Assembly: GCF_009834535.1 (NCBI RefSeq)
Contig: NC_045697.1
Location: 622,001 to 686,000 of the forward strand
DNA: 64,000 nt
Direction: 5' to 3'
Source of the DNA: Camelus ferus
Lineage: Eukaryota
Both the position numbers and the translations under genes were made by a program. The notes beneath the pieces were generated by a model that ran no database searches, was not told where the DNA came from, and worked only from the letters and a program-made list of their open reading frames with translations. The number at the start of each line of letters is the position of its first letter. The first letter of the stretch is position 1. Below are positions 28,946 to 40,900 of the stretch, piece after piece.

Positions 28946-31774
28946 GGACAGGTGCTGTGAGGGCCCCGCGTGCAGGCCTAGGACGCTGCCGCCCGCCTCG
29001 CGGCCTCCCCCTGGCAGCCTAGGCCCCCAACCTGGCCCAGCACAGCCCGGCTCCCTCCGAACCAGGGGTTGGTGGCGTCACGTGCCGTGGGGCTGCTGTG
29101 AGGTGGGTCTCTGCCTCTGAGCAGCTGGGGGAGGAGGGGAAGGTCTGTGAGTCCTGCAGGGATGTCCTGGTCCCTGGCCAACCCCTCTGCCTCCCTGTCT
29201 CTCTGACTGGAGATCCCTGCTTCAAGATGCTCACAGCCTGGATGGAAGGCTTCGTCTCAGGCCATCCAACGTTGCCCCAACACAGAGGACAAAACCCAAG
29301 CCTGTTGCTTCAGCCTGAGAGGCCTGCTCCAGCTATTCAACCCACACCTCTCCTCTCCTTTCCCTGGGCTACCATACCCCTGTCAGGAGGACTTCCTGCT
29401 GCTGCCCCAGGGCCTTTGCACTGGCTGTTACCTTGTTTAGATTTCCAGCGGCACCTCCCTGAAGGCCTTGTCTCAACTCCTCCCCCATGACAGCCCAAAA
29501 CAGTGATTACTTGCTTGCTAGTGGAACAGAGGAATGACAGGCTGGTTGGTGCTGCTCCCGAGTGAGGTGCCTCAGTGTGGGAATGGTCATCCTGAGCAAC
29601 GAGGGCTGGCAGGGTGCCTCCCCCTCCGCCCCACCGCTCAGTGATGCCACTCCTTCTCCTCGGCCATCTTCCTGCTGCAGGAGGCAGCCCTTTCCCCCAC
29701 TGGGATCCTTCCCCAAAACCACAGTGTGAGCTGGTTCTCAGCAGTCAGGCCCTGAGAGCGCGGGGCCGGGGGGTTAGGAGCTGCCTGAGGTGGGCTCCTC
29801 TCCATCTGCACCGCCCAGTGGCCCTGGGCCTAGGAGGAGCCTGGGGACCTGACCCTCTGTGGACTTCCTGACAAGGCGAGGGTCCCTGCAAGGCTGTCAC
29901 CCTTCACAGCTCGTGTGTCCCCTCCCCTGTCAGTCAGCCACCTGGCTGGCCCTCTGCCTTGATGGCCTTGTTCTGTCCCCACCTCCTCATGGCCAGGCTG
30001 CCCACTGTACTGGGCACACTGTCTGCAGGGATTTTAAAACACTAATAGAACCAGCTAACAGGCTGTCTGTTTCCTATTCTCACAAGCACTGCGATTCTAA
30101 ATAATGGTAGCGGTATATTCCTACCAGGAAAAAAATGTTGTAGGTCCAAGTTCTAGACAGTGGCTGTGGTTACTGGAGAGTTGGTGGAGGTGTCTGTAAA
30201 CTTCCATCTCCACATTTGTCAGCTTCTCCGGCCAGGGGTGAGCACAGTGTCTGCTTCAGGTCTCGCCTGTCTCCGCCCTGCGTTCTGCTTGAGCCCACGT
30301 GTCAACAGCAGGCCCCAGAGACAAAGAGACAGAGATGCAGACTGTGTCACCTCAGCTGTGTCGATCTGGGCACCGTCCCCACGGCCCCTTGTGCGGACTC
30401 CACGGGGCATTAGTCCTGTGCCTTTGCCCATCAAAAAGGCATCAGTGCCTGGTGCACTGTGACATCCTGCCCTGGACCCTGGAGCCAGGAAAGGACACAA
30501 GCGGGAGAACAGTGGGGAAACCTGATTTGCTTCTCCTTAACATCTCCCAGCACTGGGGTCTCAGCGGCCTGGCAGCAGTGGCCCCACGGCAGGCGGGGGG
30601 CGCCAGCCAGAGCTCTCTGTCCACTCTGCAACTCTTCCGCAGAGCTAAAACTATTCCCAGATAAAAAGCTTAGGAAACTATGTTCCTGTGATCTAAAAGT
30701 ACCAACTCGTTCCCTTTTCCCTGTTTTTTGCATGGTAATATTTAGTTAGGTTTTTTTTGCTGATAAAAATTCAATAAAAGAAAATCCTCACCTTTGGCAC
30801 TCAGTGTTGGTTGCTTCACTCCTGCTGAGGGTGGGAAAGAGCTGGGTTCACGTGCTCGTGGTCTCAAATACTGCGGGCCGACCCCGGTGGCCACCTCACT
30901 CTTCAGCGCCCGTGCAGACATCCTGTTGTCTCCCCCAGGGTCCTCCCTGCCCCCATTCTGGCACCCTCTGTCATCTCTAGGACAGCACAGGTAAGCCTTT
31001 GGCCATCTCTCCTCCCTTGTCACAGCGGATCTGGGAACAGCTCAAGGCACTGCAAGCAGAGAAGCTGGCGGCACCCCCAGGTCCCCTAGGTGGAGGCAGG
31101 TGAGGCGAAGGGGCAAGAGCCCTGTTTAGGAGGCTGCAGTCCCAGCTGTAAGAAGGGAGTCCTCTGGCTCCCTGTAGCCCTGGCCTGGCCGTGCTATGGG
31201 TGCCAGGAAGGAGTCTGCCAGCACAGAGATCTCTTCTGCCACAGAGGTGACACAGAGGTGTAGAAGTCCAGAGAAGCCACAACACCGCCTGCAATCCTGC
31301 AGCGCAGCCCTGGCCCCGCTCAGTCCCATCCGTTTCCCTCTCGACTAGTTTTCTGCTTTTTGGAAACACAGGCATCAGTGCCATGTGTACAGCTTTGGGG
31401 GCGGCGCTCGTACCCCATTACATCACAGGCTCGCCTGCGTCTCAGAGCCGTGCAGCGCCACCCCTGTGAGGCAGGGTCCAACCTCGGGTCGCCTTGGGGC
31501 GCTGGGCATGCGGTGCGGGCTCTGGTTTAGGTCTGATCCCCTCTTCAAGAGAGAACAGACTGAGTTGCAGGGTTACCGGGAAGGAAGGGGCTGGTGCTTC
31601 CAGCAAGGTTCAGCTTGGCCCCAAGCTCCCAGGCAAGGCTGGCAGATCGCGTCTTGCTGTGACTTTCGTTTCTGCAGACGCTGGTGAGGATGCCGGTCAC
31701 GTGTGGGTCTCCTCTTTTGTGAAATGCTTTTGTCCCTTTTCTATTTGTTCGCTCTTGGGGTTGTTTTGTTATAA

Positions 31775-34700
31775 TAGATTTTAAAATTCTTTATTATAAA
31801 GTATTTCAAACATACACAAAAATCCAGAGAAGAGTAAAATCAGCCCCTCAGATTCAACAATGATCCACGGTTTGTCACCAGGATTTCATCCACTCGCAGC
31901 CACAATTTTCTTTGTTATATTTTAAAGCCTATCTCCAGACAGCAAGTTCCAGACACTTGGAACATTTCAGGCAAGAAAAACAAACCAAAAAAGGGTATCC
32001 AGATTGGGACGGGAAAACGAAACTGCCCTAAGTTTAGAGGACAGGGGGACCCGCGCAGGGAATCCCGCCGGCCCTGCGAGTGTCCCCATGACTCGGGAGT
32101 CAGGCGGGCCAGAGGACAAGACCTGAAAATGTCAATCACGTTTCTACCTACCGGCCTCGGTAACTAGACACGGAAATTTACAGAAGTTCACGGCCACTCT
32201 CGATTCCGGAGTTCCCTTCTGATCCTGACCTCCGTCGTGAACAACGTTGTGTCTGCTGAGACGATCACGTGGTGTTTCTTGTCTGTCCTTGTGGCGGGTC
32301 ACAACTGGGGCTGCAGGGTTGAACGCTGCATTCTCAGGATGAAGCCGCTTGGTCACAGTGTTTTTGTTCTTTCTATATGTGGCTGGATTAGATTTGCTAA
32401 TATTTTGTGGAAGGTCTTGTCTTACCTGGTTCTGTCTCTGTCTGCTGTTGGAACTTGGGTAACGCTGACCTCATGAAGTGGGAAAGTGTCTTCTATTTTC
32501 TCTAAGATTGTGTAGAACTAGAGCTGTTTTTATCTTCACATATTTTGTAGGATTTGCCAGGGAAACCACCTGGCTTTGGAGTTTCCTTTTTTGAAGGTTA
32601 TTAATTATGAATTCGGTTGTTTAAGCAGGTAGATATTCAGGTTATTAGTTCTTGGGTGCGTTTTGATAGTTTGTGGATTTCAAGAAATTGATCCATTTGC
32701 CAAATCTCTCTTTTCCTTTCCAGGCTGGTTAGAGATTAACCAATCTAATCGCCTTTTCCAAAGAACCAGTTCTCGATTTCGCTGACTTTATACAGGGCTT
32801 TCTGTTCTCGGTTTCGTTGGTCTGGGCTCTGTCTCTGTTACTCCCTTTCTTCCGGTTGCTTTGGGTTCTGTTGCTCTGGTTCTTCTGGTTTCCTAAGGGG
32901 AAAGCAATCTTTCTTCTTTTCCAATATGAACACTTAACTCTACGCATTTCCCTCTAAGTACTGCTTTAACTGCAATCCACAAATAATTTTGATATTTAAA
33001 AATTTTCATTTTCATTTAGTTCAAAATGTTTTCTAATTCCCCTTGAGATTTCTTCTTTGATCCACAGATTATTCAAATGTTTGTCGACCTCTGAGCATCG
33101 GGGGTTAAAGACATCTTACTGTTACTGATTTCTAGTTTAATTCCATTGCAGTCAAGAACATACCTTATATAAGTTGAATCCTTTTGAATCTCTTAGGTTG
33201 ATTTTATAACCCAGGGTGTGGTCTCTGGAGAATGTCCCGTGTGCATTTGAACAGAACAGGTATCCTACTGTCATTGAAAGGGGCGTTGTCCTATGAGGTC
33301 ATCTAGGAACGTGGGTGGACAGTGATGTGCAGTCCTTCTATCTCCTTGCTGACAGTCCGCCTGCGTTTTCTGTCTGTGCTCTAAGAGGCTGGTCGAGGTC
33401 CCAGCCATAGTTGTGGGTTTGCTATTTCTCCTTCCAGCTCTACCAGGTTTTGCTCTGTGTGTTTTGAAGGTCCGTTGTTAGGCGATGGCTCTTTCGTGTC
33501 CTGGTTAATTGGTTTAGTTATGTCATGTCTCTATTGACCCCTAGTAATTCTCCTCCATCCAATGTTTTTGTAGCCACTTCAGCTTCTTCACCAGTGTTTC
33601 CACGTGACGTCCTTTTACATTCTGTAACTTTTTCTCCTCTAGTTTTTTTGAGCTGTAATTGGCGTACAACACCGTATATGCTTGTGTACTGCATAATGAT
33701 CTGATTTATATTCATCATGAAGTGATTATCGCAGTAAGTTTAGTGAACATCCATCATATCATATGGATACAAAATCAAATAAATAGAAAAAACTTCCCCA
33801 CTGTTTCCTCAGTGGCTGCACCAATTTGCACTCCCTGCAACCGTGCACCACGGGGGCTGGCCGAGGGGTCTGAGGCGTCTTGGAGCTGGTACCAGCCTGC
33901 TGGTGTGTGGGGCCAGGGCCCGGGGGTTCCTGGGCTAGCGCTGGCTCACCTGTGGGCAGAGCCAGGTCCCACGGTCTCTGGCTGCAGGGGCCTGGGTCCC
34001 AGGACTGTGCCTGCCCCCTGGTGGGTGAAGGCAGTCCTGGGGCTTCTGGATGTAGAACTCTGGTGGTCCAAGGGCTAGTGTCCGTGCACTGATGTGTGAG
34101 GCCAGGTCCTGGGCCCTCTGGTGGACAGGGTTGTGTCCGGGGAGATTGTGAGATCAGGGGGTCTTAAGGCATCCGGTCTGTTGGTTGGTGGGTCTGGGTC
34201 CTAGTGCTAATAATCTAGATGGACACTTGCCAGCACCAGTGTCCACATGGTGAACAGCTCCCAGAAAAGGCCACTGCCAGTGTCTGTGTGCCCGGGCAAG
34301 CTCCAGTTGCCTTCTCCCTCTCCAGAGACGCTCCAAGATCAGCAAGGGGGTCTGGCCTGGGGTCCTTTCAAATGACTGCTTCTGCCCCGCATCCTGGAGT
34401 GTGTGAGATTTTGTGTGGCCCTCTGAGAGTGGTGTCCCTGATTGCCATGGCCCTCTGGGCCTCCCGAAAGTCAGCCCTGCTGCCTTCAAAGCCAAACAAA
34501 TGTTCTGGGGGCTCGTCTTCCCAGCGCCGGACCCCCGGCCTGGGGAGCCCGAAGTGAGGCGCGGACTGGTGGCTCCCTGGGGAGAACCCATGCAGCTGTC
34601 ATCACCCTCCCGTCTCTGACCGCCGCGTCCCCGCTCCTCCCATGTGTCTTGCTGCGGTCCCTGCGTTCCGTCCTTAATCGTAGAAGGTTGTTCCTGCTGG

Positions 34701-37440
34701 TCTTCCGGTCTTCCTCGTCAACAGCTGCCCCACAAGCTGCTGTGCTTTTGCTGTGCCCGTAGTCAGAGGCGCGCTCGGGGTCTCCCCGCTCCTCCACCGT
34801 GGCCGCTCCTCTCACACCCTTTGCCTTTCAATTTAACCACACAGCTATAGGCAAAGGGAGTTTCGTGCAGACAGTGTGTAGCTGGATTTTTCTCAATCCA
34901 GTGTAAAAATCTCTGTCTTTTTCAATTGATGGTTTAGATGTTCACATTGAACGTAATTATTTACATATTTGGATTCAGGGCTAACACTTTATTGCTCCTG
35001 CATGTTCATCCGTCTTTATTCCTCTGTTGTCCATTTCCTTTATGATTTCTTACATTTTTTTAGTACCTCACCTTATCTACTGGGTTTTTTTTTTTAACTA
35101 CATCACCCTGTATACTTATTTTTTTACTGATTGCTCTGGAGATTATAATCTAGATACTGAACTTCTCACCAGCTACTTAGAATCAACATTTCCCCTTCAA
35201 GTGGGACGTAGACAGGTAGCACCGAACTGCCTTGGTCCTCCCTCTGCGGCTGTGGCCGCCATCGCCTCGGCACTGCCTCTGCACGCAGCCCCGCCCCTCC
35301 GGCGGCGCCACAGCTCTCACTCTCGACTACCACACACGTTCTACAGAAGTGAGAAGAGAAACACAGCGTTTCACCTGGGCAGTTATGATTTTTGTCCCTT
35401 TGTCCCTGAAGTTCAAGTTTCCCTGCTGGTGTCACCTTCACCCTGGCTGCAGAGGCCCCTTCAGTGCTTCTTTTACAGCGGGCTTCCTGCTGACAAATGC
35501 TGTTCGTTTTCCTTCCTCTGAGAATGTCTTTCTTTTGCCTTAATTCCTGAAGGACATTTTTGCTGGAGATGGAATCCTGGGCTAACGGTTCATCTCTTCT
35601 TCCACTGCCTCTTGTCTCCGCGGTCTCTGGCAGGACATCTGCAGTCCCTTCTCTCCTTGTTTCCGCATGTGTAATTCTCTTCCTCTGCCTGCTCGCAAGG
35701 CGTTTTCTTCGTCTTTGCCTTTGAGTCGTTTGGTGGTATTTCTGGACGTGGATTTGAGCGGACCATCTTTGGAGCTTACTGAGCTTCTCGAATCTGTAAA
35801 TGTGTGTCTTTTAGCAGATTTTGGAGGCTTGGAGCCACTCTTTCTTCAAAAACCTTTCTGCACTTTCTCTCTTCCTTCAGGGACTCTGTTGTGGCGCATG
35901 TCAGTTCTTCGTCCCTTTCTGTTGCCCGGTAGGCATCCATTGTGTGGGCACATCCCATTTCGTTTACCAGTCACCAGCCTGTGGACATTCAGTTAGCCTC
36001 AGCTTCATGGCTGTGTGAGCAATGCTGCTGTGAGCACGTGTGAACGAGGTTTGTTTCTCTTGGGCGTCCACCTTGGGGGGGATGTTGAGCCGTAAGACAG
36101 CTCTGCTTTAACCATTTGAGGGACTGCCAGACTGCTCTGAGAGTGGCAGCACCGTCTTACGTTCCCTGCAGCCCTGTGTGAGGGTCCAAGGCCTCCATGC
36201 CTTTGTCAGCTGTTGCTGTTCTCTGACTTTCTGATTCTAGCCATTCTAGTGGGTGTGAAAGGATGCTTTACTGTGGTTTTAGCTTGCATCTCTAGTGACC
36301 AATGACACTGAGCATCTTTTTCGTGTTTATTGGCCATCTGTACGTGTTCCTTAGAAAAGTTTCTATTCAGATTGCTTGCCCGTTTTTAAACAGTTGTTTG
36401 GTCTTTGTACTGCTGAATTTTACGAGTTTTATTCAGGACAGAAGGTTCCTATCAGACGTGTTTGGAAATGTTGTCTTCCATTCTCCGGGGTGTCGTTCCA
36501 CCGTCTTCGTAGTGCCCTCGGGAGCACAGACATCGCCAGCTTTCGCTGAGTCTAGTTCATCCATTTTCCCTTTTGCTGTTGGTCCTCCTGGTGTCGTATC
36601 TGAGACGCCATTTGCCAAATCTAAGGCCATGAAGATTTGCTCTTATCTTTTTTCTTCTAAGAGTTTCATAGTTTGGGTTCTTACATGGTTTTGGATGGGT
36701 TTTGAGTTAATCCTCGTACGTGGTGTAAGGTAAGACTCAAGCTTCATTCTTTCGCACGTGGTTATCTGGTTTTCCCAGCACCATTTGTTAAAAAGGCTAT
36801 TCCTCACCCGCTGGGCGGGCTCAGTACCCTCGTCAGACGTCAGCTCACCACAGACACTGTGCTCTGTTTCTGGATTCTCTTCCAGTCCACCGGTCTCAGT
36901 GTCTGTCCTTGTGCCAGTACCGTGCTGCCTTAATTACCCTTGCTTCATAGGTTTTGGAACTGGGAGAATTGAGTCTTTCTACTTTTTCCTTCTTTTTTGG
37001 GATTGTTTTGGCTATTCTGGGTCCTTTGCAATTCCACAGGAATTTTAGAATCAGCTTGCCAATTTGTACAAAGAAGTCAGTTGGGGTTCTGAAAGGGCTT
37101 ACAGTGAATGAGGATCAATTTGGGGAGTTTGGTCATCTTAAAACAATATTAACTGTTTGAAAACATGAACACAGGATATCTTTCTGTTTCTTTAAGTCTT
37201 CTTTAAATTCTCTCAGCAGTGTTTGGTAGTGTTCAGTGTACAAGTCTTGCACCTTCTTGGTTCAATTTATTCTTAAGTATTTTATTCTTTTTGATGCAAT
37301 TTTAAATGGAATTGTTTTCTCAATTTCATTTTCAGATGGTTTATTAAGATTACAGTTTTAAATTTCATTTCTTTGCTTTGCAATTTCATCTTTTTTTCTC
37401 TTATGCTAAAAATCCCTTAATGACATTAACATAATCACTT
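31775..37440 (-). mobile_element. Cluster of decayed LINE-1 fragments, mostly antisense (short sense ORF2 piece near 31960-32215)
   Basis: L1 ORF2-like antisense stretches (e.g. ttttcccagcaccatttgttaaaaagg, ctattctgggtcctttgcaattccacaggaattttagaatcagcttg) and L1 3'-end-like sequence. Several elements merged; limits approximate. Confidence 0.75.
33642..34810 (-). mobile_element. Internally deleted L1: 3' end, short ORF2 piece and GC-rich 5'UTR juxtaposed
   Basis: Poly-T and L1 3'UTR-like sequence (33642-33790), ORF2-like actgtttcctcagtggctgcaccaatttgcactccc (33791-33848), then sequence resembling a laurasiatherian L1 5'UTR up to a decayed terminus near 34805. Confidence 0.55.
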
Positions 37441-37757
37441 ACGTGCCTCCTCCTGCAATATACCTACAACAAGTTCAAAATAACAGTGCCACTGCTTTTA
37501 TTAGCAGTGGGATCACCAAGGATAGTTTAAGATTTCTTGATGCAGCTTTTTTTGTTTGTCCTTAGAATCCACTCGGCACATTCATACAAACACTGGGTGT
37601 TGCAGTCACTTGAACTGATTTTTTTTTTCCTGTGTGGTCAGAATAACTGGTTCCGGCTTGCTTTAAAATTTTGTGGATTGATGGTCTCCTTTTTCATTGA
37701 AATTTTTATCATGTAAAGCCCTTATAATTCTGATGTCAAAATCTAGGACAAAGTGAG

Positions 37758-37918
37758 GAGGAGGGTATAGCTCAGTGGTAGAGCGCATGTATAGCATACA
37801 CAAGGTCCTGGGTTCAATCCCCACTACCTCTTTTAAGAGATAAGTAAATAAATACATAAATAAATAAAATCTGATTACTACCCCCGCAACCAAAAAAAAA
37901 AAAGTAAAAAAACCCCCA

Positions 37919-37953
<35 letters not shown>
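37758..37953 (+). mobile_element. tRNA-Ala(AGC)-derived SINE (Vic-1-like, camelid) with A-rich tail and (CA)(TA)n microsatellite
   Basis: Head GAGGGTATAGCTCAGTGGTAGAGCGCATGTATAGCATACACAAGGTCCTGGGTTCAATCCCCACTACCTC (37761-37830) with A box 37768-37778 and B box 37811-37820; then TAAA repeats, poly-A and (TA)n. Confidence 0.85.
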
Positions 37954-40900
37954 GGCCACTGTCCTTGCATGGTGTCCCCCTTTGCCTCAGCCGCCACCCT
38001 GTTTTCTCTCTATCCCTGTGGTAACTGTTTTGACTCATTTTCCATCTACTTTCTCATAATTTCTCTTTGAAGACAAGCAAATAAGTATTGCTATCCACAG
38101 CCCCCTTTCCCCCAGAGAGGACGCCGCCCACCGTGTTCTGCACGGACCAGCATCCCATGCACTTCTCACCCTACACCCTCGCATTCCCCACCGCCTTCCC
38201 TCCCAGTGAGCCTGCTCAGCTGGCGGCCCCTTGGGTGATGGGAGAGTGAGTGCCCTCGTTTTTGGCTTTTAAGTGATCCCCCGACCATGCCCACTAGTCC
38301 CGTAAGAGGCCTGCTTCCAGGCTGCACTGGCCCTTGAGGCTGGTGATGGAGCCACCAGATACAACACCAGCAGCTACCAGAATGACCGCCGCCGCCGCCA
38401 CCTGCCCTGCGCTGGGCTGGGCCCGCCCTCCAGGCAGGTCCTGGAGAACCTCCGTGTGGCAGCACGTCAGGGCAGTGCTGCTGTCAGTCCATGTCTTCAA
38501 CAAACAGCCCTGAAGCACAGTGAGGAGCGGAGAGAGCTGAGGAGATGGCGCGGGTCCCCTGCGATCTCACGGAGCCGGTGCCGCTGTGGCCCGTCCCAGC
38601 CCTGGGTGGGCTCACAGTGGGAGGCCCACAGCCTGTGGGCCCCACTCACACACTCCTGAGTCCTCTCTCTGGGTGAGACCCCGGCTGGGGAGCGGTCTCT
38701 GGGGGACTCAAAGGGAAGGAGAGCTGCGAGGGGAGGTGGTCTGGGAGGGGCAGTCTGAGCCTGGCAGCACCTGCCCCGCCTCCATCTCCTCCCTGGCCCT
38801 GGTCTTTGTCCCCTAGCCCCGCAGCTGTGCAGGGCTTCTCATGGATGGAGGCCCTGACAGCATGGAGCCCATGCTGCCCCAATTCTGTCTGGCCAGGGGC
38901 CATCGAGCCTGGGTCTGGGCTGGCCAAGCCCCTGGGCAGTGGGGTGCCCGCCCACCACTGGGGTGAGGGCTCTGCAGCCCTCTGCTTGTCTCTGCCTGGG
39001 CTTTGAGGCCGTCCCTCCTGTGAGTCGGCCAGAACCTGGTGGGCCTTTAACAAGTGGTGTTTGTGACAATCGCATAGCTCCCCAGTCTCAGTTTACCAAT
39101 CTGAAAAGGGGGTGATGCAAGCTCCCTACTGGGCTGTTGCAGAATTAGAGGGACTTCCTCCTGTCAGACATCCTGGGAGCATGACAGTGTCACACTTCCC
39201 CGCCACCTGACTCGCAGGAGGCTCCCGGGGCCCGGCTGCCCCCCAGCCCCCTGCGTGCGGTGGGCTGCAGCGGCAGAAGGCCGGAGGGCCGGCCCTGGGA
39301 GCGCGTCCCCAGGGCGCCTCTGGCCCCTCCTTCGGCATCATTTCTTGGCCTCAGGGCCCGAGTCCCAGCGCTGAGGCCAGCAGACCTGGGGGTAGACCTG
39401 GGCAGGAGGCGGGTGTGAAAGGAGGTGCAGCGAACTGGAAAGCTGGTGTGAGCCCCCGGGAGGGAGTCTGGCTGTTCTGCCCGGCAGCCAGGGCCTGGCA
39501 AATCCCAGACTGGACTGTCGACCTGTGGGACCCCCCTGGTCATGTGGGGCAGGGCATCTGGTTGAGGGCAGCCCCCAGTGTCCACCTGCTGGCCTTAGAA
39601 CCAGCAGCCTGAGCCTGTGTGGACCAGTGGAGATGCTTGGAGAGACAGAGGGTCTGGGTGGCCACACGTGGTGGGGGCTGGCACAGCTCATGGCCTGAGG
39701 TCAGGGTGGGCCTGCAGGGCTGGAGGGAGGATTGAGGAGCGGGTCTGGCCTCTCCCCAGGTCGGTCTCCCCCTTGGTATGAAATAAAGATCCTGCAGTGT
39801 TGGGAAGTGCAGTCACTACACGCTTGGGATCTTTGACTCTCAGGGGTTGCTAAGGAAGTCCCTGTGGCTGACCCAAGGGGCCAGGGCGTGAGCAGGGCCC
39901 TGTGGCCCTGCGGCCCTGCTCAGGGTGCCACAGAGGTGGCAGGTCTCACATGTGCCCAGGGTCCAGTCACGGGGGTTGCAGGTGGACCTGGGGGTGCAGG
40001 CCTCCTCCTGAGATGGGAGGTGGGCAGGGGCAAGGGGAGGGGCTGAGGGCCGAGCTGACAACTGGTTTCCTCACATTTACTTGAACAGCTGAGTGGGGGC
40101 TTTGAGGAAGCAGCTGGATTTCGGGATCTGGAATCTGGGGAGAGTCTGGGCTGAGAGAGAAAAGGGGTCATGATGCTGCGGCCAAGGTGGCAGGTAGACG
40201 GGGTCTCTGAGCCCTGGCCCTGGGCGCTAGTGAACCCACCCATCCTCTCAGGTGCTGGGCAGACCTGGCCCTCCTGGCCCCACACCACATCGGCCTCCAG
40301 CAGGCCTCGCGGCACCCCTGCAAGTGGGCATGAGATGCTGTCACCGTCTTCCAGGCTCCAGGCCCAGGTTCAGGGCCACTGATCTCAGAGGACTCTCCCA
40401 GGAGGTGAAGCTTCTGGAACCGGGGAAGACAGTGTCTCAGCCAGAGTGGGTGCCCGGCTGGACCGCAGCCTGCTGAGAGGTGACATGAGTGACACCTGCA
40501 GGGACCCAGGGAGGGGAGTCAGTGATGACCTTGGGAAATGCTGGGGGTTGGGGGGAGGGCAGAGACGGGAAGGAGGAGGTGGAGCTGCTCTGTCCTGGGG
40601 GCTCTGCTGCAGGGGCTGGAGGTGGGGGGCCTGGGCACTGGCTGGTCCCTGCACCGGCCTGCACGCCCTCGGTGGCTGCTTGTGTGTCTGGGCTCCTGGA
40701 GTGCCCCACGGGGCCTGTTCCCTGCGCACGGCGCCCGTCCAGCACCGAGCAGGCCCAGCCCCACCCTGCCAGGGTTTGCGCCCTGCCCCAGCTCCGTGTG
40801 CAGGCGGGTGGACTTGGCAGATGCGGTTCCAGTGATGCAGTCTCTCCCAGGTGATGCCTGTGGGTCCTCAGCCTGTGTGGGTCCTCAGCCTGTGTGGGTC

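Noticed and set aside
34112..34129. CTCF-like CCACCAGAGGGCCC and similar matches near 15073, 24530 and 57313
   Set aside because: Cannot be scored by eye in GC-rich sequence; the best match lies inside an L1 remnant.
37761..37832. Functional tRNA-Ala gene
   Set aside because: Anticodon-arm and stem mismatches plus TAAA/poly-A tail indicate a SINE copy.
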